The position numbers and the translations under genes are program-made. The notes beneath the pieces are model-generated. The model was given only the letters and a program-made list of their open reading frames with translations. It was not told the origin of the DNA and did not search any database. A stretch of DNA of 32,000 nt, taken from positions 810,001 through 842,000 of the forward strand of contig NZ_LT906458.1 in assembly GCF_900187275.1 (NCBI RefSeq), in the 5' to 3' direction. The stretch is from Pasteurella multocida. Lineage in GTDB: Bacteria > Pseudomonadota > Gammaproteobacteria > Enterobacterales > Pasteurellaceae. This document shows positions 1 through 9,457 of the stretch, in pieces (the stretch's first letter is position 1; each line of letters opens with the position of its first letter).

Positions 1-2
1 GT

Positions 3-1160
3 GTGGACTTACGTAACGATCCATTAGCAATGCAACGTTTGAAAGAAGCGGGTGAAAAAGCCAAAATTGAACTGTCTTCTGCACAACAAACCGATGTCAA
101 TCTTCCATACATCACCGCAGATGCGACTGGACCAAAACACTTAAACATTAAATTAACCCGTGCAAAACTAGAATCATTAGTTGAGGATTTAGTGTCTCGC
201 TCATTAGAGCCAGTGAAAATTGCCTTAGCTGATGCTGGTTTAAGCGTATCGCAAATTGATGATGTCATCCTTGTTGGTGGTCAAACCCGTATGCCACTTG
301 TACAACAAAAAGTGGAAGCCTTCTTTGGTAAAGCACCTCGTAAAGACGTGAACCCAGATGAAGCGGTGGCAATTGGTGCTGCAGTACAAGGCGGTGTGTT
401 AGCCGGTGATGTCAAAGATGTCTTGTTATTAGACGTTACCCCACTTTCATTAGGTATCGAAACCATGGGTGGCGTGATGACAACCTTGATTGAGAAAAAC
501 ACTACGATTCCAACGAAGAAATCACAAGTGTTCTCAACGGCAGAAGATAACCAAAGTGCGGTAACTATCCACGTACTTCAAGGTGAGCGTAAACGTGCGG
601 CAGACAACAAATCTTTAGGTCAATTCAACCTAGAAGGGATCAACCCAGCACCACGCGGTATGCCACAAATTGAAGTGACTTTCGACATTGATGCGGACGG
701 TATCATCCACGTTTCTGCGAAAGATAAAGGCACAAACAAAGAGCAAAAAATCACGATTAAAGCCTCTTCCGGTTTAACCGATGAAGAAATTCAACAAATG
801 GTACGTGATGCAGAAGCGAACGCCGAAGCAGACCGTAAATTTGAAGAATTAGTGCAAGCCCGTAACCAAGCGGATCATTTAGTTCACGGCACTCGCAAAC
901 AATTAAGCGAAGTGGGCGATAAATTATCTGCTGAAGATAAAGCACCAATCGAAAAAGCGGTTGCAGAATTAGAAACTGCAGCGAAAGGTGAAGATAAAGC
1001 GGAAATCGAAGCGAAAGTACAAGCATTAATTCAAGTATCTGAAAAATTAATGCAAGCTGCACAACCACAACCAGAAGCGCAAGCACAGCAAGCGCAAAGC
1101 GGTAAGTCAAATGATGATGTGGTGGATGCAGAATTTGAAGAAGTGAAAGACAACAAATAA
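3..1160 (+). CDS. dnaK: Chaperone DnaK (Hsp70), C-terminal 385 aa. The 5' end lies off the window.
   Basis: The ORF is open from the window edge. It carries Hsp70 substrate-binding and lid sequence ([30 protein letters not shown]) and an acidic C-terminus ending EEVKDNK. Confidence 0.97.
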   Translation: MDLRNDPLAMQRLKEAGEKAKIELSSAQQTDVNLPYITADATGPKHLNIKLTRAKLESLVEDLVSRSLEPVKIALADAGLSVSQIDDVILVGGQTRMPLVQQKVEAFFGKAPRKDVNPDEAVAIGAAVQGGVLAGDVKDVLLLDVTPLSLGIETMGGVMTTLIEKNTTIPTKKSQVFSTAEDNQSAVTIHVLQGERKRAADNKSLGQFNLEGINPAPRGMPQIEVTFDIDADGIIHVSAKDKGTNKEQKITIKASSGLTDEEIQQMVRDAEANAEADRKFEELVQARNQADHLVHGTRKQLSEVGDKLSAEDKAPIEKAVAELETAAKGEDKAEIEAKVQALIQVSEKLMQAAQPQPEAQAQQAQSGKSNDDVVDAEFEEVKDNK

Positions 1161-1182
1161 TTTCACTCCTCACAAAAAATCG

Positions 1183-1204
1183 AAGGGCGTAGCGATACGC
1201 CCTT
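1183..1204 (+). terminator. Hairpin after dnaK, a candidate intrinsic terminator
   Basis: aagggcgta/gcga/tacgccctt forms a perfect 9-bp GC-rich stem with a GCGA loop 23 nt after the dnaK stop. The T-tract that follows is weak (ttcggtgtatt). Confidence 0.55.
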
Positions 1205-1226
1205 TCGGTGTATTGATTAATCCTCA

Positions 1227-1267
1227 TTTTTCCTCACTTTATTTTTCTCAAGTGAAGTGAGGAAAAA
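1227..1267. promoter_or_regulatory. Perfect 13-bp inverted repeat upstream of the GyrI-like ORF
   Basis: tttttcctcactt (1227-1239) and aagtgaggaaaaa (1255-1267) are exact reverse complements separated by 15 nt. The repeat ends 17 nt before the ATG at 1285, and no flanking T-run is present. Confidence 0.45.
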
Positions 1268-1284
1268 ACAATCTGGAGGAAAAA

Positions 1285-1683
1285 ATGGCTTTAACACTCT
1301 ACCCCATTGTGCAACAACGCTTGAATAACAAGATTGCCCATGAGATTATCCCTGCCCTGTGGCAAAACACGCTCAAGCAATTACCACAAGATCAGGATTG
1401 TTATGGGGTTTATTTCAATTATGCGGGCGATCACCAAGCGGATTATGATTTTGCGATTGCGAGTAGTGCTGTTTTAAAAACAGATTTTCCCACGATTGAC
1501 ATTGAGGATTTGAATGTTTACGAAGTTTTTCGTTGTAAAACGGATGAAATTTATCAAACGTGGCAACTGATCTGGAAAAAAGAACAACAAGGTTTACTTA
1601 AACGGGCTTATTCGGTGGATTTTGAAAAATACTACCCTGATGGTTTGGTAGAAATTTACATCGCTGTTGTACCACATTGTTAA
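1285..1683 (+). CDS. GyrI-like / Cass2-type small-molecule (effector) binding domain protein, 132 aa
   Basis: An RBS (ggagga) lies 6 nt upstream. The motif pattern IPALWQ...YGVY...DYDFAIA...YEVF...TWQLIW...DFEKY is typical of stand-alone GyrI-like/AraC-effector-binding domains. This call is from memory of the family. Confidence 0.6.
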   Translation: MALTLYPIVQQRLNNKIAHEIIPALWQNTLKQLPQDQDCYGVYFNYAGDHQADYDFAIASSAVLKTDFPTIDIEDLNVYEVFRCKTDEIYQTWQLIWKKEQQGLLKRAYSVDFEKYYPDGLVEIYIAVVPHC

Positions 1684-1716
1684 GCCAAAAGTGTGTTCAA
1701 TATTTTATAAAAAATG

Positions 1717-1725
1717 ACCGCACTT
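1717..1725 (-). repeat. Hin-type uptake signal sequence core
   Basis: ACCGCACTT on the plus strand, intergenic upstream of metY. Confidence 0.9.
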
Positions 1726-1756
1726 TACTCCCCAAAACAAACTCAAGGAAAACACA

Positions 1757-3025
1757 ATGGAATTTGCAACAAAATGTCTACATGCCGGTTATACACCGAA
1801 AAATGGTGAGCCTCGTGTTCAACCGATCGTACAAAGTACCACTTTTACTTACGATTCCGCCGAAGAAATTGGTAAGTTATTTGATTTACAAGCGGCTGGC
1901 TATTTTTACACCCGCCTTTCAAATCCTACTACCAATGCGGCAGAAGAAAAAATTACCGCACTTGAAGGCGGTGTAGCAACCATGTGTACCGCATCAGGGC
2001 AAGCCGCCGTGTTTTACGCGATGCTCAATATTTTACAAGCCGGTGATCACTTTATTTCTTCATCGTATGTTTACGGTGGTAGCTACAACTTATTTGCACA
2101 TACCTTCAAAAAAATGGGAATTGAGGTCACTTTTGTGGATCAAGATTTACCTCTTGAGGAATTAAAAAAAGCCATTCGCCCAAATACGAAAGCCATTTTT
2201 GCTGAAACTATTGCCAATCCCGCATTACGCGTGTTGGATATTGAAAAGTTTGTTGCACTTGCGAAGGCAGCACAAGCCCCTTTATTAGTTGACAATACTT
2301 TTGCAACCCCGTATTTTTGTCGCCCTATCGAATTTGGTGCTAACGTGGTAATTCATAGTACGTCAAAATATTTAGATGGGCATGCGATTGCGTTGGGAGG
2401 TTCGATCACAGATGGCGGGAATTTTGATTGGAATAATGGCAAATTCCCACAATTAAGCACACCTGATCAAACTTATCACGGTTTGGTTTATACCGAAACC
2501 TTTGGTCCAGCAGCTTATATTGTCAAAGCCCGTGTGCAATTAATGCGTGATTTAGGTGCCACACCGGCACCACAAAATAGTTTCTTGCTCAATGTGGGCA
2601 TGGAAACCCTTGCACTGCGTATGCAACGTCATTATGAAAATGCACAAGCGGTCGCCGAATTTTTAGAAAATCATCCACAAGTGGCAAAAGTGAGTTATCC
2701 GGGCTTGGCAAGTTCACCTGATCATGCACTAAAACAAAAATATTTACCAAACGGCTTATGTGGTGTGATTTCCTTTGAAATTAAAGGGGGAAGAGAAACT
2801 GCAGCAAAATGGCTGAATGCGCTACAACTGGCTTCTCGTGAAGTCCATGTAGCGGATATCCGCACTTGTGCTTTACATCCGGCGACGTCAACACACCGTC
2901 AATTAAGTGAGGCTGAATTAGAAAAAGTGGGGATTTCTGCGGGTTTAATTCGTCTTTCTTGCGGTATTGAAAGTATCCAAGATATTTTGGCTGATTTAGA
3001 ACAAGCATTCTACGCGGCAAAATAA
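1757..3025 (+). CDS. metY: O-acetylhomoserine sulfhydrylase (aminocarboxypropyltransferase), Cys/Met-metabolism PLP enzyme family, 422 aa
   Basis: An RBS (aaggaa) lies upstream. The protein has the PLP-lysine motif STSKYLDGH, the N-terminal CLHAGY...PIVQSTTF pattern and a length typical of MetY/MetZ-type enzymes. Confidence 0.8.
   Translation: MEFATKCLHAGYTPKNGEPRVQPIVQSTTFTYDSAEEIGKLFDLQAAGYFYTRLSNPTTNAAEEKITALEGGVATMCTASGQAAVFYAMLNILQAGDHFISSSYVYGGSYNLFAHTFKKMGIEVTFVDQDLPLEELKKAIRPNTKAIFAETIANPALRVLDIEKFVALAKAAQAPLLVDNTFATPYFCRPIEFGANVVIHSTSKYLDGHAIALGGSITDGGNFDWNNGKFPQLSTPDQTYHGLVYTETFGPAAYIVKARVQLMRDLGATPAPQNSFLLNVGMETLALRMQRHYENAQAVAEFLENHPQVAKVSYPGLASSPDHALKQKYLPNGLCGVISFEIKGGRETAAKWLNALQLASREVHVADIRTCALHPATSTHRQLSEAELEKVGISAGLIRLSCGIESIQDILADLEQAFYAAK
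1955..1963 (-). repeat. Hin-type uptake signal sequence core
   Basis: ACCGCACTT on the plus strand, inside metY. Confidence 0.9.
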
Positions 3026-3034
3026 ATGTCATTA

Positions 3035-3056
3035 AGGCAGGCAATCTTGCCTGCCT
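3035..3056 (+). terminator. Hairpin directly after metY
   Basis: aggcaggcaa..ttgcctgcct are near-perfect 9-10 bp GC-rich arms starting 10 nt after the stop, followed by atttgaat. This argues against the ORF-track start at 3026 for the next gene. Confidence 0.5.
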
Positions 3057-3079
3057 ATTTGAATAACACAGGGGATAGC

Positions 3080-3556
3080 ATGGCGATTGTAACAAATACC
3101 CCTATTTGGGTTTGGTGCGTTTTGCTTTGTTTACTCTACGTTGGCAGTAAACAAAGCAAAACACGTCAAATAAAACCTTATAAATTAACATTCTTGCCCT
3201 TGATATTTCTGCCTATAGTCATCATGTCTATAATGCAAAGTCATCACCCGCTTATCGCAGGTTTCGGATTCATTGTTGGCTTGGCGCTAGGTCTATTTTT
3301 AGGGTGGATAATTTGGAAGGATGCCCCTTTGTTACTAAGACAAGGGCAACAGTGGATACAAAGAGGAAGTTATCTTCCGCTTATCCTGTACTTATTCATT
3401 TTTATTTTTAGGTATGTTGTTGGCGTGGCACAACATACTCAACAAACAATAACAAAAACAGAATTCTTTAATTTTATTATTGGATTACCTACAGGGATTG
3501 GGCTTGGTGCGTTATTTGCGATTCTTTTATTTCGTCAACGACCAACCACCCACTAA
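3080..3556 (+). CDS. Small polytopic inner-membrane protein of unknown function (about 4 TM, 158 aa)
   Basis: I moved the start to ATG 3080 (RBS agggga), because 3026-3079 contains the metY terminator hairpin. There are four hydrophobic segments. The N-terminal TPIWVWCVLLCLLYVG pattern resembles a widespread DUF-type membrane family (from memory). Confidence 0.6.
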   Translation: MAIVTNTPIWVWCVLLCLLYVGSKQSKTRQIKPYKLTFLPLIFLPIVIMSIMQSHHPLIAGFGFIVGLALGLFLGWIIWKDAPLLLRQGQQWIQRGSYLPLILYLFIFIFRYVVGVAQHTQQTITKTEFFNFIIGLPTGIGLGALFAILLFRQRPTTH

Positions 3557-3603
3557 AATATAATCATTGTTATTTGATATCTTAAACGGAAAACTGAAAC
3601 ATT

Positions 3604-4722
3604 ATGGCAAAAAAAGATTATTACGACGTTCTTGGTGTTGAACGTGGTGCGGATGAAAAAGAAATTAAACGTGCTTATAAAAAATTGGCGATGAAATATC
3701 ATCCAGACCGCACCCAAGGCAACAAAGAGCTGGAAGAAAAATTTAAAGAAATCCAAGAAGCCTACGAAGTCTTAAGCGACAAACAAAAACGGGCGAACTA
3801 TGATCAATACGGTCATGCTGCCTTTGAACAAGGTGGCTTCGGTGGCGGTGGCTTTAGTGGTGCTGATTTCGGGGATATTTTTGGTGATATGTTCGGGGAT
3901 ATTTTTGGTGGTGGTCGTGCTCGCCAACGCGTCGTGCGTGGTGATGACTTGCGCTACGATCTTGAAATCAGCTTAGAAGAAGCGGTACGTGGCACGACGA
4001 AAGATATTCAAATCAATACCCTTGCCCATTGTGACAGCTGTGATGGTTCGGGTGCTGAGAAAGGCTCAAAAGTAGAAACTTGCTCAACCTGTCATGGTGC
4101 AGGACGTGTACGTCGTCAGCAAGGTTTCTTTGTGACTGAACAAGTCTGTCCTAGCTGTCATGGTTCGGGCAAAAAGATTGAGAAACCGTGTAAATCCTGT
4201 CATGGTGATGGACGTGTTCACAAGAAGAAAAATCTTTCAGTGAAAATTCCAGCGGGTGTCGATACAGGTAATCAATTACGCTTATCAGGCGAAGGGGCGG
4301 CAGGTGAAAATGGCGCACCAAATGGTGATCTATATGTTGTTATCCATGTACGAGATCATCATATTTTCGAACGTGATGGTAGCAATCTGTATTGTGAAGT
4401 GCCTATTAGTTTCACAATGGCAGCTTTAGGTGGTGAAATTGAAGTGCCAACCTTAGATGGTCGTGTCAAACTCAAAATCCCTGCAGAAACACAAACAGGT
4501 AAACTGTTCCGTATGCGTGGTAAAGGTGTTACTTCTGCACGTAGTGCTTACGCAGGCGATCTCATCTGCAAAATTATTGTTGAGACACCTGTTAAACTCA
4601 ATGAGGAACAAAAAGCGTTATTACGTCAATTAGAAGAAAGTTTAGAAGGTTCTAGTAACAAACCGAAATCCTCTAGTTTCTTTGATGGCGTTAAGAAATT
4701 CTTTGATAACTTAGGCAAATAA
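3604..4722 (+). CDS. dnaJ: Co-chaperone DnaJ (Hsp40), 372 aa
   Basis: The protein has a J-domain with HPD (KYHPDR), a Gly/Phe-rich linker and four CxxCxGxG zinc-finger repeats. Confidence 0.97.
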   Translation: MAKKDYYDVLGVERGADEKEIKRAYKKLAMKYHPDRTQGNKELEEKFKEIQEAYEVLSDKQKRANYDQYGHAAFEQGGFGGGGFSGADFGDIFGDMFGDIFGGGRARQRVVRGDDLRYDLEISLEEAVRGTTKDIQINTLAHCDSCDGSGAEKGSKVETCSTCHGAGRVRRQQGFFVTEQVCPSCHGSGKKIEKPCKSCHGDGRVHKKKNLSVKIPAGVDTGNQLRLSGEGAAGENGAPNGDLYVVIHVRDHHIFERDGSNLYCEVPISFTMAALGGEIEVPTLDGRVKLKIPAETQTGKLFRMRGKGVTSARSAYAGDLICKIIVETPVKLNEEQKALLRQLEESLEGSSNKPKSSSFFDGVKKFFDNLGK

Positions 4723-4784
4723 GTTGAATAAAACACACTCCTCTGTTTTTCCTCCAAAAGGAGAAATACAGACAGGATAACCTC

Positions 4785-4811
4785 TTAAGCCCTGTATCAT
4801 GCAGGGCTTAA
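4785..4811 (+). terminator. Hairpin after dnaJ
   Basis: ttaagccctg/tatcatg/cagggcttaa forms a perfect 10-bp stem. No strong T-run follows. Confidence 0.45.
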
Positions 4812-4951
4812 ATCATTTATCCAAATTTTCTTTGCTTAATTGTGAAAGCAAAGTATCACTATAAAGTGCCGTTATCGATTCTCTTATGTCGATAAACTCT
4901 GGCGATAACACCTAACTATTTCAGCTAGCGACATAAAAACAAAATTACTAT

Positions 4952-4979
4952 TTTAATAAAAATCATTATCATTATTATA
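4952..4979 (+). promoter_or_regulatory. Fur box(es) upstream of the TonB-dependent receptor
   Basis: tttaataaaaatcattatc (4952-4970) matches GATAATGATAATCATTATC at 15/19, with the 3' 10 nt perfect. A 6-nt-shifted overlapping copy runs to 4979. The site lies 50-77 nt upstream of ATG 5029. Confidence 0.7.
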
Positions 4980-5028
4980 TAACTCATGTAAACTATGAAT
5001 GTATTACTTATCTATTGAGGAGTCAGCC

Positions 5029-7383
5029 ATGAAATATCCCTTAAGCTATAAAAATATAGCAAGGTCCATTCCTTTTCTCTCATTCATTGCGTTTCCTCTG
5101 TATGCGCAAGAAACGACTGAATTAGAACAAATTACAGTACAAGAAAGCGCAACCGCTGAAGTGAACAAAACCTCACCAACAGTGATCAGCAAAAGCGCCA
5201 CGACCATTCAAAACGAAATGATTCGAGACACCAGAGATTTAGTCCGCTACACAACGGATGTGGGGATTAGCGATAATGGGCGTTTTTTGAAAGGCTTTGC
5301 GATGCGAGGCGTTGAGGATAACCGTGTTGGTATCAGTATTGATGGTGTTTCTTTGCCTGATTCAGAAGAAAACTCACTGTATGCGCGTTATGGTAACTTT
5401 AATAATTCCCGCCTAAGCATTGATCCTGAATTAATTCAAACCATTGATATTGTACGCGGCTCAGATTCCTTTAATGCAGGCAGCGGTTCATTAGGTGGCG
5501 GTGTGAATTATAACACTTTAGATCCACAACATATTGTTAAAGCAGGTAATTCCGTTGGTGCTTTACTACGAGGCAGTTATGCCAGTAAAAATCGTGAATG
5601 GGTTCGTACTTTAGGGATAGGCTATGTTGGCGAAAAATTTGATGCCTTATTGATGTATTCACAACGCACGGGGCACGAGTTTAAAAGTCGTGGTTCAGGT
5701 CCTGAATTTCGGTATTCCAGTAGCCAGTATCCCGATCCTGTGACACAACGCTTCCACAATTATCTCGCTAAAATGAATTATCAAATTAATGACAATCAAC
5801 GTATTGGTTTAACGCTGAATGGGCAAACAGGGGGGCGTTACATTGATGAGCGTTCTTATACGTTAATGGGCTCACAATGGCGTGAAGCCGATGATCAAAA
5901 CGAACGGTTGAATGCAAACTTATATTATATTTATGCACCAAGCACGGGATGGTTAGCCTACAGTAAATTTGATTTAGATTATCAAAAGACCGATCTGGCA
6001 GCAGTTAACTATAAAGGCGGACGCCATTTCACGACAGATGCTAAAGAGCTGAACGAAATTTATGATCGCCGTATGAAAACCGTGTTTACGCGCGGCAGTG
6101 TAGAACTCAATGCACAACCTGTACATTTCTATGGTGAACATACTTTAACTATCAAAGGCTATGTTAGCCAGCGCGATTTCAAAAATATCAATCAAGATCG
6201 TATCGGTATTGGCACAAACTACGACACACAATACCACTATACGATTCAATATCCTATTAGAACCAAGCAGTACGGACTTTCTTTGAAAGATCATGTGCGC
6301 TGGAATGACACCTTCTCAAGCCATTTAGGTTTACGTTATGACCATACAAAACTAAAACCAAAGGAACTCAATGCACCTTGTAGCAAAGCCTGTTTAGAAG
6401 AAGGAAAACCTAAACCGACCCGTTTCTCTACCGTTAGCACATTTGCGGGACTTGAGGCACAACTCAGCCCCTCATGGATGTTAGGCTACAATATTAGCAC
6501 CGGTTATCGTGTACCAACGGCTTCAGAAATGTTCTTCAGCTTTACCAATGCGTATGGCACGTGGAAATCTAACCCGAGCTTGAAACCCGAAAAAAGTATT
6601 AACCATACACTCTCTTTGAAAGGCAATAGTGAAAAAGGCTTGCTTGATCTCACCCTCTATCAAACAAACTATCGTCATTTCTTATTTGAACAAGAAAGTT
6701 TAATTCAACGTACCGAAATGCGCTATGGACGCCCTTATACTTACCAAAGCCAAGAACAACAAATGGTGAACTTAGATAAAGCAAAAATTTATGGTGTGGA
6801 ATTGAAAACCCATGTCAATTTAGATCAGATGATCGCTGTGATACCACAAGGCTTTAAGTTCTACGCCGCGCTCGGTTATAGCAAAGGTAAACTCTCTAAT
6901 AACGCCAGCCTACTTTCCATTCAACCGCTTAAAATTATTCTGGGGTTGGATTATGAAGCAACAAACGGCAAATGGGCTATTTTCAACCGCCTAACCTATT
7001 TGGGTGAAAAAAGAGCTAGTGATGCGAAAGTGTATGAAATTAAACGTCGCTGTACTGAATTTGTGACAGAAACAGATCCTTGGTCAGGTGAGCAAATTAC
7101 TCGCTGTAAAAAACGGGAATTGTATCCAGATTTATCTACTTATAAACACTTAAATAAATCTGCTTTTGTATTTGATACTTTTGGTTATTACAAGATCACG
7201 GACGATATCACGTTCCGAGCTGGCATTTATAATCTGTTTAATAAAAAATACCATACTTGGGATGCCTTACGTGGTATTAATGCCAATAGTACGTTAAATT
7301 CAGTTGACCGTGAAGGGAAAGGGTTACAACGCTTCTATGCGCCCGGACGTAATTATGCGGCTTCCCTTGAAATCCGTTTCTAA
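5029..7383 (+). CDS. TonB-dependent outer-membrane receptor, heme/hemoglobin-receptor family, 784 aa
   Basis: I placed the start at ATG 5029 (RBS gaggag). The signal peptide ends ...FPLYA/QETT and a plug region follows (DTRDLVRYTTDVGI, RGVEDNRVGISIDGV). FRAP/NPNL-like boxes (YRVPTASEMF ... NPSLKPE) are present and the protein ends in a terminal Phe (SLEIRF). Confidence 0.85.
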   Translation: MKYPLSYKNIARSIPFLSFIAFPLYAQETTELEQITVQESATAEVNKTSPTVISKSATTIQNEMIRDTRDLVRYTTDVGISDNGRFLKGFAMRGVEDNRVGISIDGVSLPDSEENSLYARYGNFNNSRLSIDPELIQTIDIVRGSDSFNAGSGSLGGGVNYNTLDPQHIVKAGNSVGALLRGSYASKNREWVRTLGIGYVGEKFDALLMYSQRTGHEFKSRGSGPEFRYSSSQYPDPVTQRFHNYLAKMNYQINDNQRIGLTLNGQTGGRYIDERSYTLMGSQWREADDQNERLNANLYYIYAPSTGWLAYSKFDLDYQKTDLAAVNYKGGRHFTTDAKELNEIYDRRMKTVFTRGSVELNAQPVHFYGEHTLTIKGYVSQRDFKNINQDRIGIGTNYDTQYHYTIQYPIRTKQYGLSLKDHVRWNDTFSSHLGLRYDHTKLKPKELNAPCSKACLEEGKPKPTRFSTVSTFAGLEAQLSPSWMLGYNISTGYRVPTASEMFFSFTNAYGTWKSNPSLKPEKSINHTLSLKGNSEKGLLDLTLYQTNYRHFLFEQESLIQRTEMRYGRPYTYQSQEQQMVNLDKAKIYGVELKTHVNLDQMIAVIPQGFKFYAALGYSKGKLSNNASLLSIQPLKIILGLDYEATNGKWAIFNRLTYLGEKRASDAKVYEIKRRCTEFVTETDPWSGEQITRCKKRELYPDLSTYKHLNKSAFVFDTFGYYKITDDITFRAGIYNLFNKKYHTWDALRGINANSTLNSVDREGKGLQRFYAPGRNYAASLEIRF

Positions 7384-7400
7384 CCGTTCATGATAAAAAA

Positions 7401-7436
7401 CCTACCGCACTTTTGCATTGCGCAATGTGCGGTAGG
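7401..7436. terminator. Bidirectional terminator built on a USS, between the convergent receptor gene and modC
   Basis: cctaccgcac...gtgcggtagg are perfect 10-bp arms flanked by A6 upstream and T4 downstream. The left arm contains ACCGCACTT. Confidence 0.75.
7404..7412 (-). repeat. Hin-type uptake signal sequence core
   Basis: ACCGCACTT in the left arm of the 7401-7436 terminator. The right arm carries the imperfect copy ATGTGCGGT. Confidence 0.9.
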
Positions 7437-7471
7437 TTTTAAATACGTTTTAAAAAAGCTAAAGCGTCAGT

Positions 7472-8527
7472 TTAAAGTACCGAAACAGCTTTAATTTGCG
7501 CAAAGACTGGTTGCCCAAGCTGTAATGCCAAGTCTTCTAATGCCCATTTACTAATGGTCGCCCAAATTGGCTTTTCATCAATCTCAATCTGCACATCTAC
7601 ACGATTTTCTCGTTCAACAATACGCTTCACTTTACCGTGTAGAATATTACGAATACTGGTTTTTTCTGGTTGTGTTAAACTAAGCGATACATCGGAGCCT
7701 TTAATACAAATACGGATGTTTTCCCCTACTTCTGCTTGTTGCGCCTTAATCCAAATCTGTTGTTGCTGTAAACCAAGAGCGGTGACTTGATAGCCAGTAT
7801 TGTTGTGTAAAATTGGCAAAGAAAGAACCGCACTTTGCTCATCCTCTAATTTCCAAGGTAAGAATAACGGATTTTCCCAAATCGACTCTAAACGATCAAA
7901 GGCTCGAACTTTTCCTTCATCTAGCAATACCACATATTCAGCTAAACGCAATAATTCTTCTATGCTATGTGTCACATACAAAATCGGAATATCAATCTTT
8001 TTCGATAAGGTTTCTAGATAACTCATCAACTCACGCTTACGCGGTAAGTCTAACGCTGAAAGCGGTTCATCCATCAGTAAAATTTCTGGCTGTGTTAAGA
8101 GTGCTCGACCAATCGCCACACGTTGTTTCTCACCACCAGACAAGGTAATAGGATAACGTTTGAGTAAATGCCCAATGCCTAACAACGACACAATATCATC
8201 AAATTTTGCTAGATCGATTTTCTTAATGCCGTAACATAAATTACCTTTGACGGTGTAATGCGGAAATAGTCGCGCATCTTGAAAAACATAGCCGATATGT
8301 CGTTGATAAGCGGGAATACAAATCGCTTTTGATTGATCCACAAGAACGCGATCATTTAAGGAAATATATCCCTCATCTGGATGAACTAAGCCACTTACTA
8401 AATTAATTAACGAGGTTTTACCTGAACCGGATAGTCCAAAAAGGGCGGTCACACCACGCGCAGGGATCTGTAAATTGGCTTCAAGGGCAAGCTGACCGAG
8501 TTGTTTCTTGACATTAATCTTTAGCAT
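7472..8527 (-). CDS. modC: Molybdate ABC transporter ATP-binding protein ModC, 351 aa
   Basis: The protein has Walker [10 protein letters not shown], signature LSGGEKQRV, Walker B LLMDEP and a C-terminal TOBE/Mop-type domain. It overlaps modB by 14 nt. Confidence 0.93.
   Translation of the reverse strand: MLKINVKKQLGQLALEANLQIPARGVTALFGLSGSGKTSLINLVSGLVHPDEGYISLNDRVLVDQSKAICIPAYQRHIGYVFQDARLFPHYTVKGNLCYGIKKIDLAKFDDIVSLLGIGHLLKRYPITLSGGEKQRVAIGRALLTQPEILLMDEPLSALDLPRKRELMSYLETLSKKIDIPILYVTHSIEELLRLAEYVVLLDEGKVRAFDRLESIWENPLFLPWKLEDEQSAVLSLPILHNNTGYQVTALGLQQQQIWIKAQQAEVGENIRICIKGSDVSLSLTQPEKTSIRNILHGKVKRIVERENRVDVQIEIDEKPIWATISKWALEDLALQLGQPVFAQIKAVSVL
7828..7836 (-). repeat. Hin-type uptake signal sequence core
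   Basis: ACCGCACTT inside modC. Confidence 0.9.
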
Positions 8528-9242
8528 GACTCTGCCCCAATTTTTTCTGCATGTTTTTTGCTAACCACTCCGACAATAACAAAGATATTAAAGAGAGAAT
8601 AATCGCTAAGACACATAATCTCGCGGCTTGTTCTTCTGCGCCGGGGGTTTGAATAAAGGTATACATCGCTAAAGGAATGGTTTGCGTTTCACCCGCAATA
8701 TTGGAAACAAAGGCAATGGTCGCACCAAATTCACCTAAAGAGCGGGCAAATCCAAGCACCACCCCGGCTAAAATACCCGGTAAAGAAAGTGGTAAAGTAA
8801 TCGTGAAAAACACACGCCAAGCGGATGCACCTAACGTTTGGGCAGCTTGTTCTAATTTCATATCAATACTTTCTAAAGACAAACGTATTGCACGTACCAC
8901 TAACGGAAAAGCAACTACTGCTGCAGCCAATACAGCCCCATTCCAACTAAAAGCAAAAGAAAATCCAAACCAAGAATAAAGATATTTACCAATAAAACCA
9001 TTACGCCCCATCGCGACTAATAATAAATATCCAATCACCACAGGAGGTAAAACAAGGGGAAGATGGATTAAGCCACTCACAAGGGATTTACCATAAAAAT
9101 TTTTACGTGCCAGTAACCATGCCATTAAAATCGCTACGGGTAAACTCCATAAAATGGCATTTAGTGACACACTCAAGCTGAGTTTCACAGCTTGTGTTTC
9201 GATCGTGGTTAAACCAAGTGAAGTCAAAAATTCAGTAAACAA
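8514..9242 (-). CDS. modB: Molybdate ABC transporter permease ModB, 242 aa
   Basis: It has strong ModB-like sequence ([48 protein letters not shown]). The ORF-track start at 9242 is a TTG preceded by aagga, so the exact start is uncertain. Confidence 0.9.
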   Translation of the reverse strand: MFTEFLTSLGLTTIETQAVKLSLSVSLNAILWSLPVAILMAWLLARKNFYGKSLVSGLIHLPLVLPPVVIGYLLLVAMGRNGFIGKYLYSWFGFSFAFSWNGAVLAAAVVAFPLVVRAIRLSLESIDMKLEQAAQTLGASAWRVFFTITLPLSLPGILAGVVLGFARSLGEFGATIAFVSNIAGETQTIPLAMYTFIQTPGAEEQAARLCVLAIILSLISLLLSEWLAKNMQKKLGQSHAKD

Positions 9243-9284
9243 AGGTAGTCCTTGATCTGATTAATAAAAATTCTAAAAAAATGT

Positions 9285-9293
9285 ACCGCACTT
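9285..9293 (-). repeat. Hin-type uptake signal sequence core
   Basis: ACCGCACTT in the modA-modB spacer. Confidence 0.9.
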
Positions 9294-9434
9294 TTCGGCT
9301 GAACTCCGCCTCGTTTACGTACAGATGAACATGCGCATGATCTGAAGAAGCTGTTGCGATAACAAACTTGATACATGAAATAAAACAGTAAGGCCGAATC
9401 TTAATCCATTAAAATCACAAAAATAAAAAAGAAT

Positions 9435-9457
9435 AAGGACGCCAAGATGACGTCCTT
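9435..9457 (-). terminator. Intrinsic terminator immediately after modA, inside the mod operon
   Basis: On the minus strand the hairpin is aaggacg/tcatcttgg/cgtcctt, followed by attcttttttattttt. It starts 17 nt after the modA stop. Confidence 0.7.

Noticed and set aside
281-1227. Minus-strand ORFs 281..502 and 757..1227, antisense to dnaK
   Set aside because: They lie wholly inside a strongly supported dnaK frame. Their composition is low-complexity and they have no RBS or recognisable motifs. They are typical shadow ORFs.
1677-1976. 99-aa plus-strand ORF overlapping the end of the GyrI-like gene and the start of metY
   Set aside because: It is out of frame with the well-supported metY CDS, spans the intergenic USS, and has no motif or RBS support.
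3541-3603. Sigma32 heat-shock promoter upstream of dnaJ
   Set aside because: Only a weak CCACCCACTA resemblance to the CCCCATnT -10 element is present, and there is no CTTGAA -35 at the proper spacing. A sigma70-like TATAAT (3559-3564) is the only clear hexamer.
7554-8148. Plus-strand ORFs 7554..7790, 7800..8021 and 7813..8148. The same reasoning applies to 8677..8979, 9680..9955, 11668..11877, 12073..12321, 16292..16575, 17724..17978, 18665..19402, 19977..21116, 28043..28672 and 30987..31762.
   Set aside because: All are antisense to or out of frame with strongly supported genes (modC, modB, modA, znuD-like, ribD, UDG, pntB, pntA, truB, infB). I treat them as frame shadows.
9243-9434. Possible molybdenum-cofactor (Moco) riboswitch or a 47-aa Cys-rich small ORF in the modA-modB spacer
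   Set aside because: I could not find the conserved Moco-motif elements I remember (a CCUCCGAG-like segment and GGAAAGG near the RBS) on the modB-sense strand. The only CUCCGCCUCG-like string is on the opposite strand. The small ORF has no RBS and runs into modB out of frame. A covariance-model scan would settle this.
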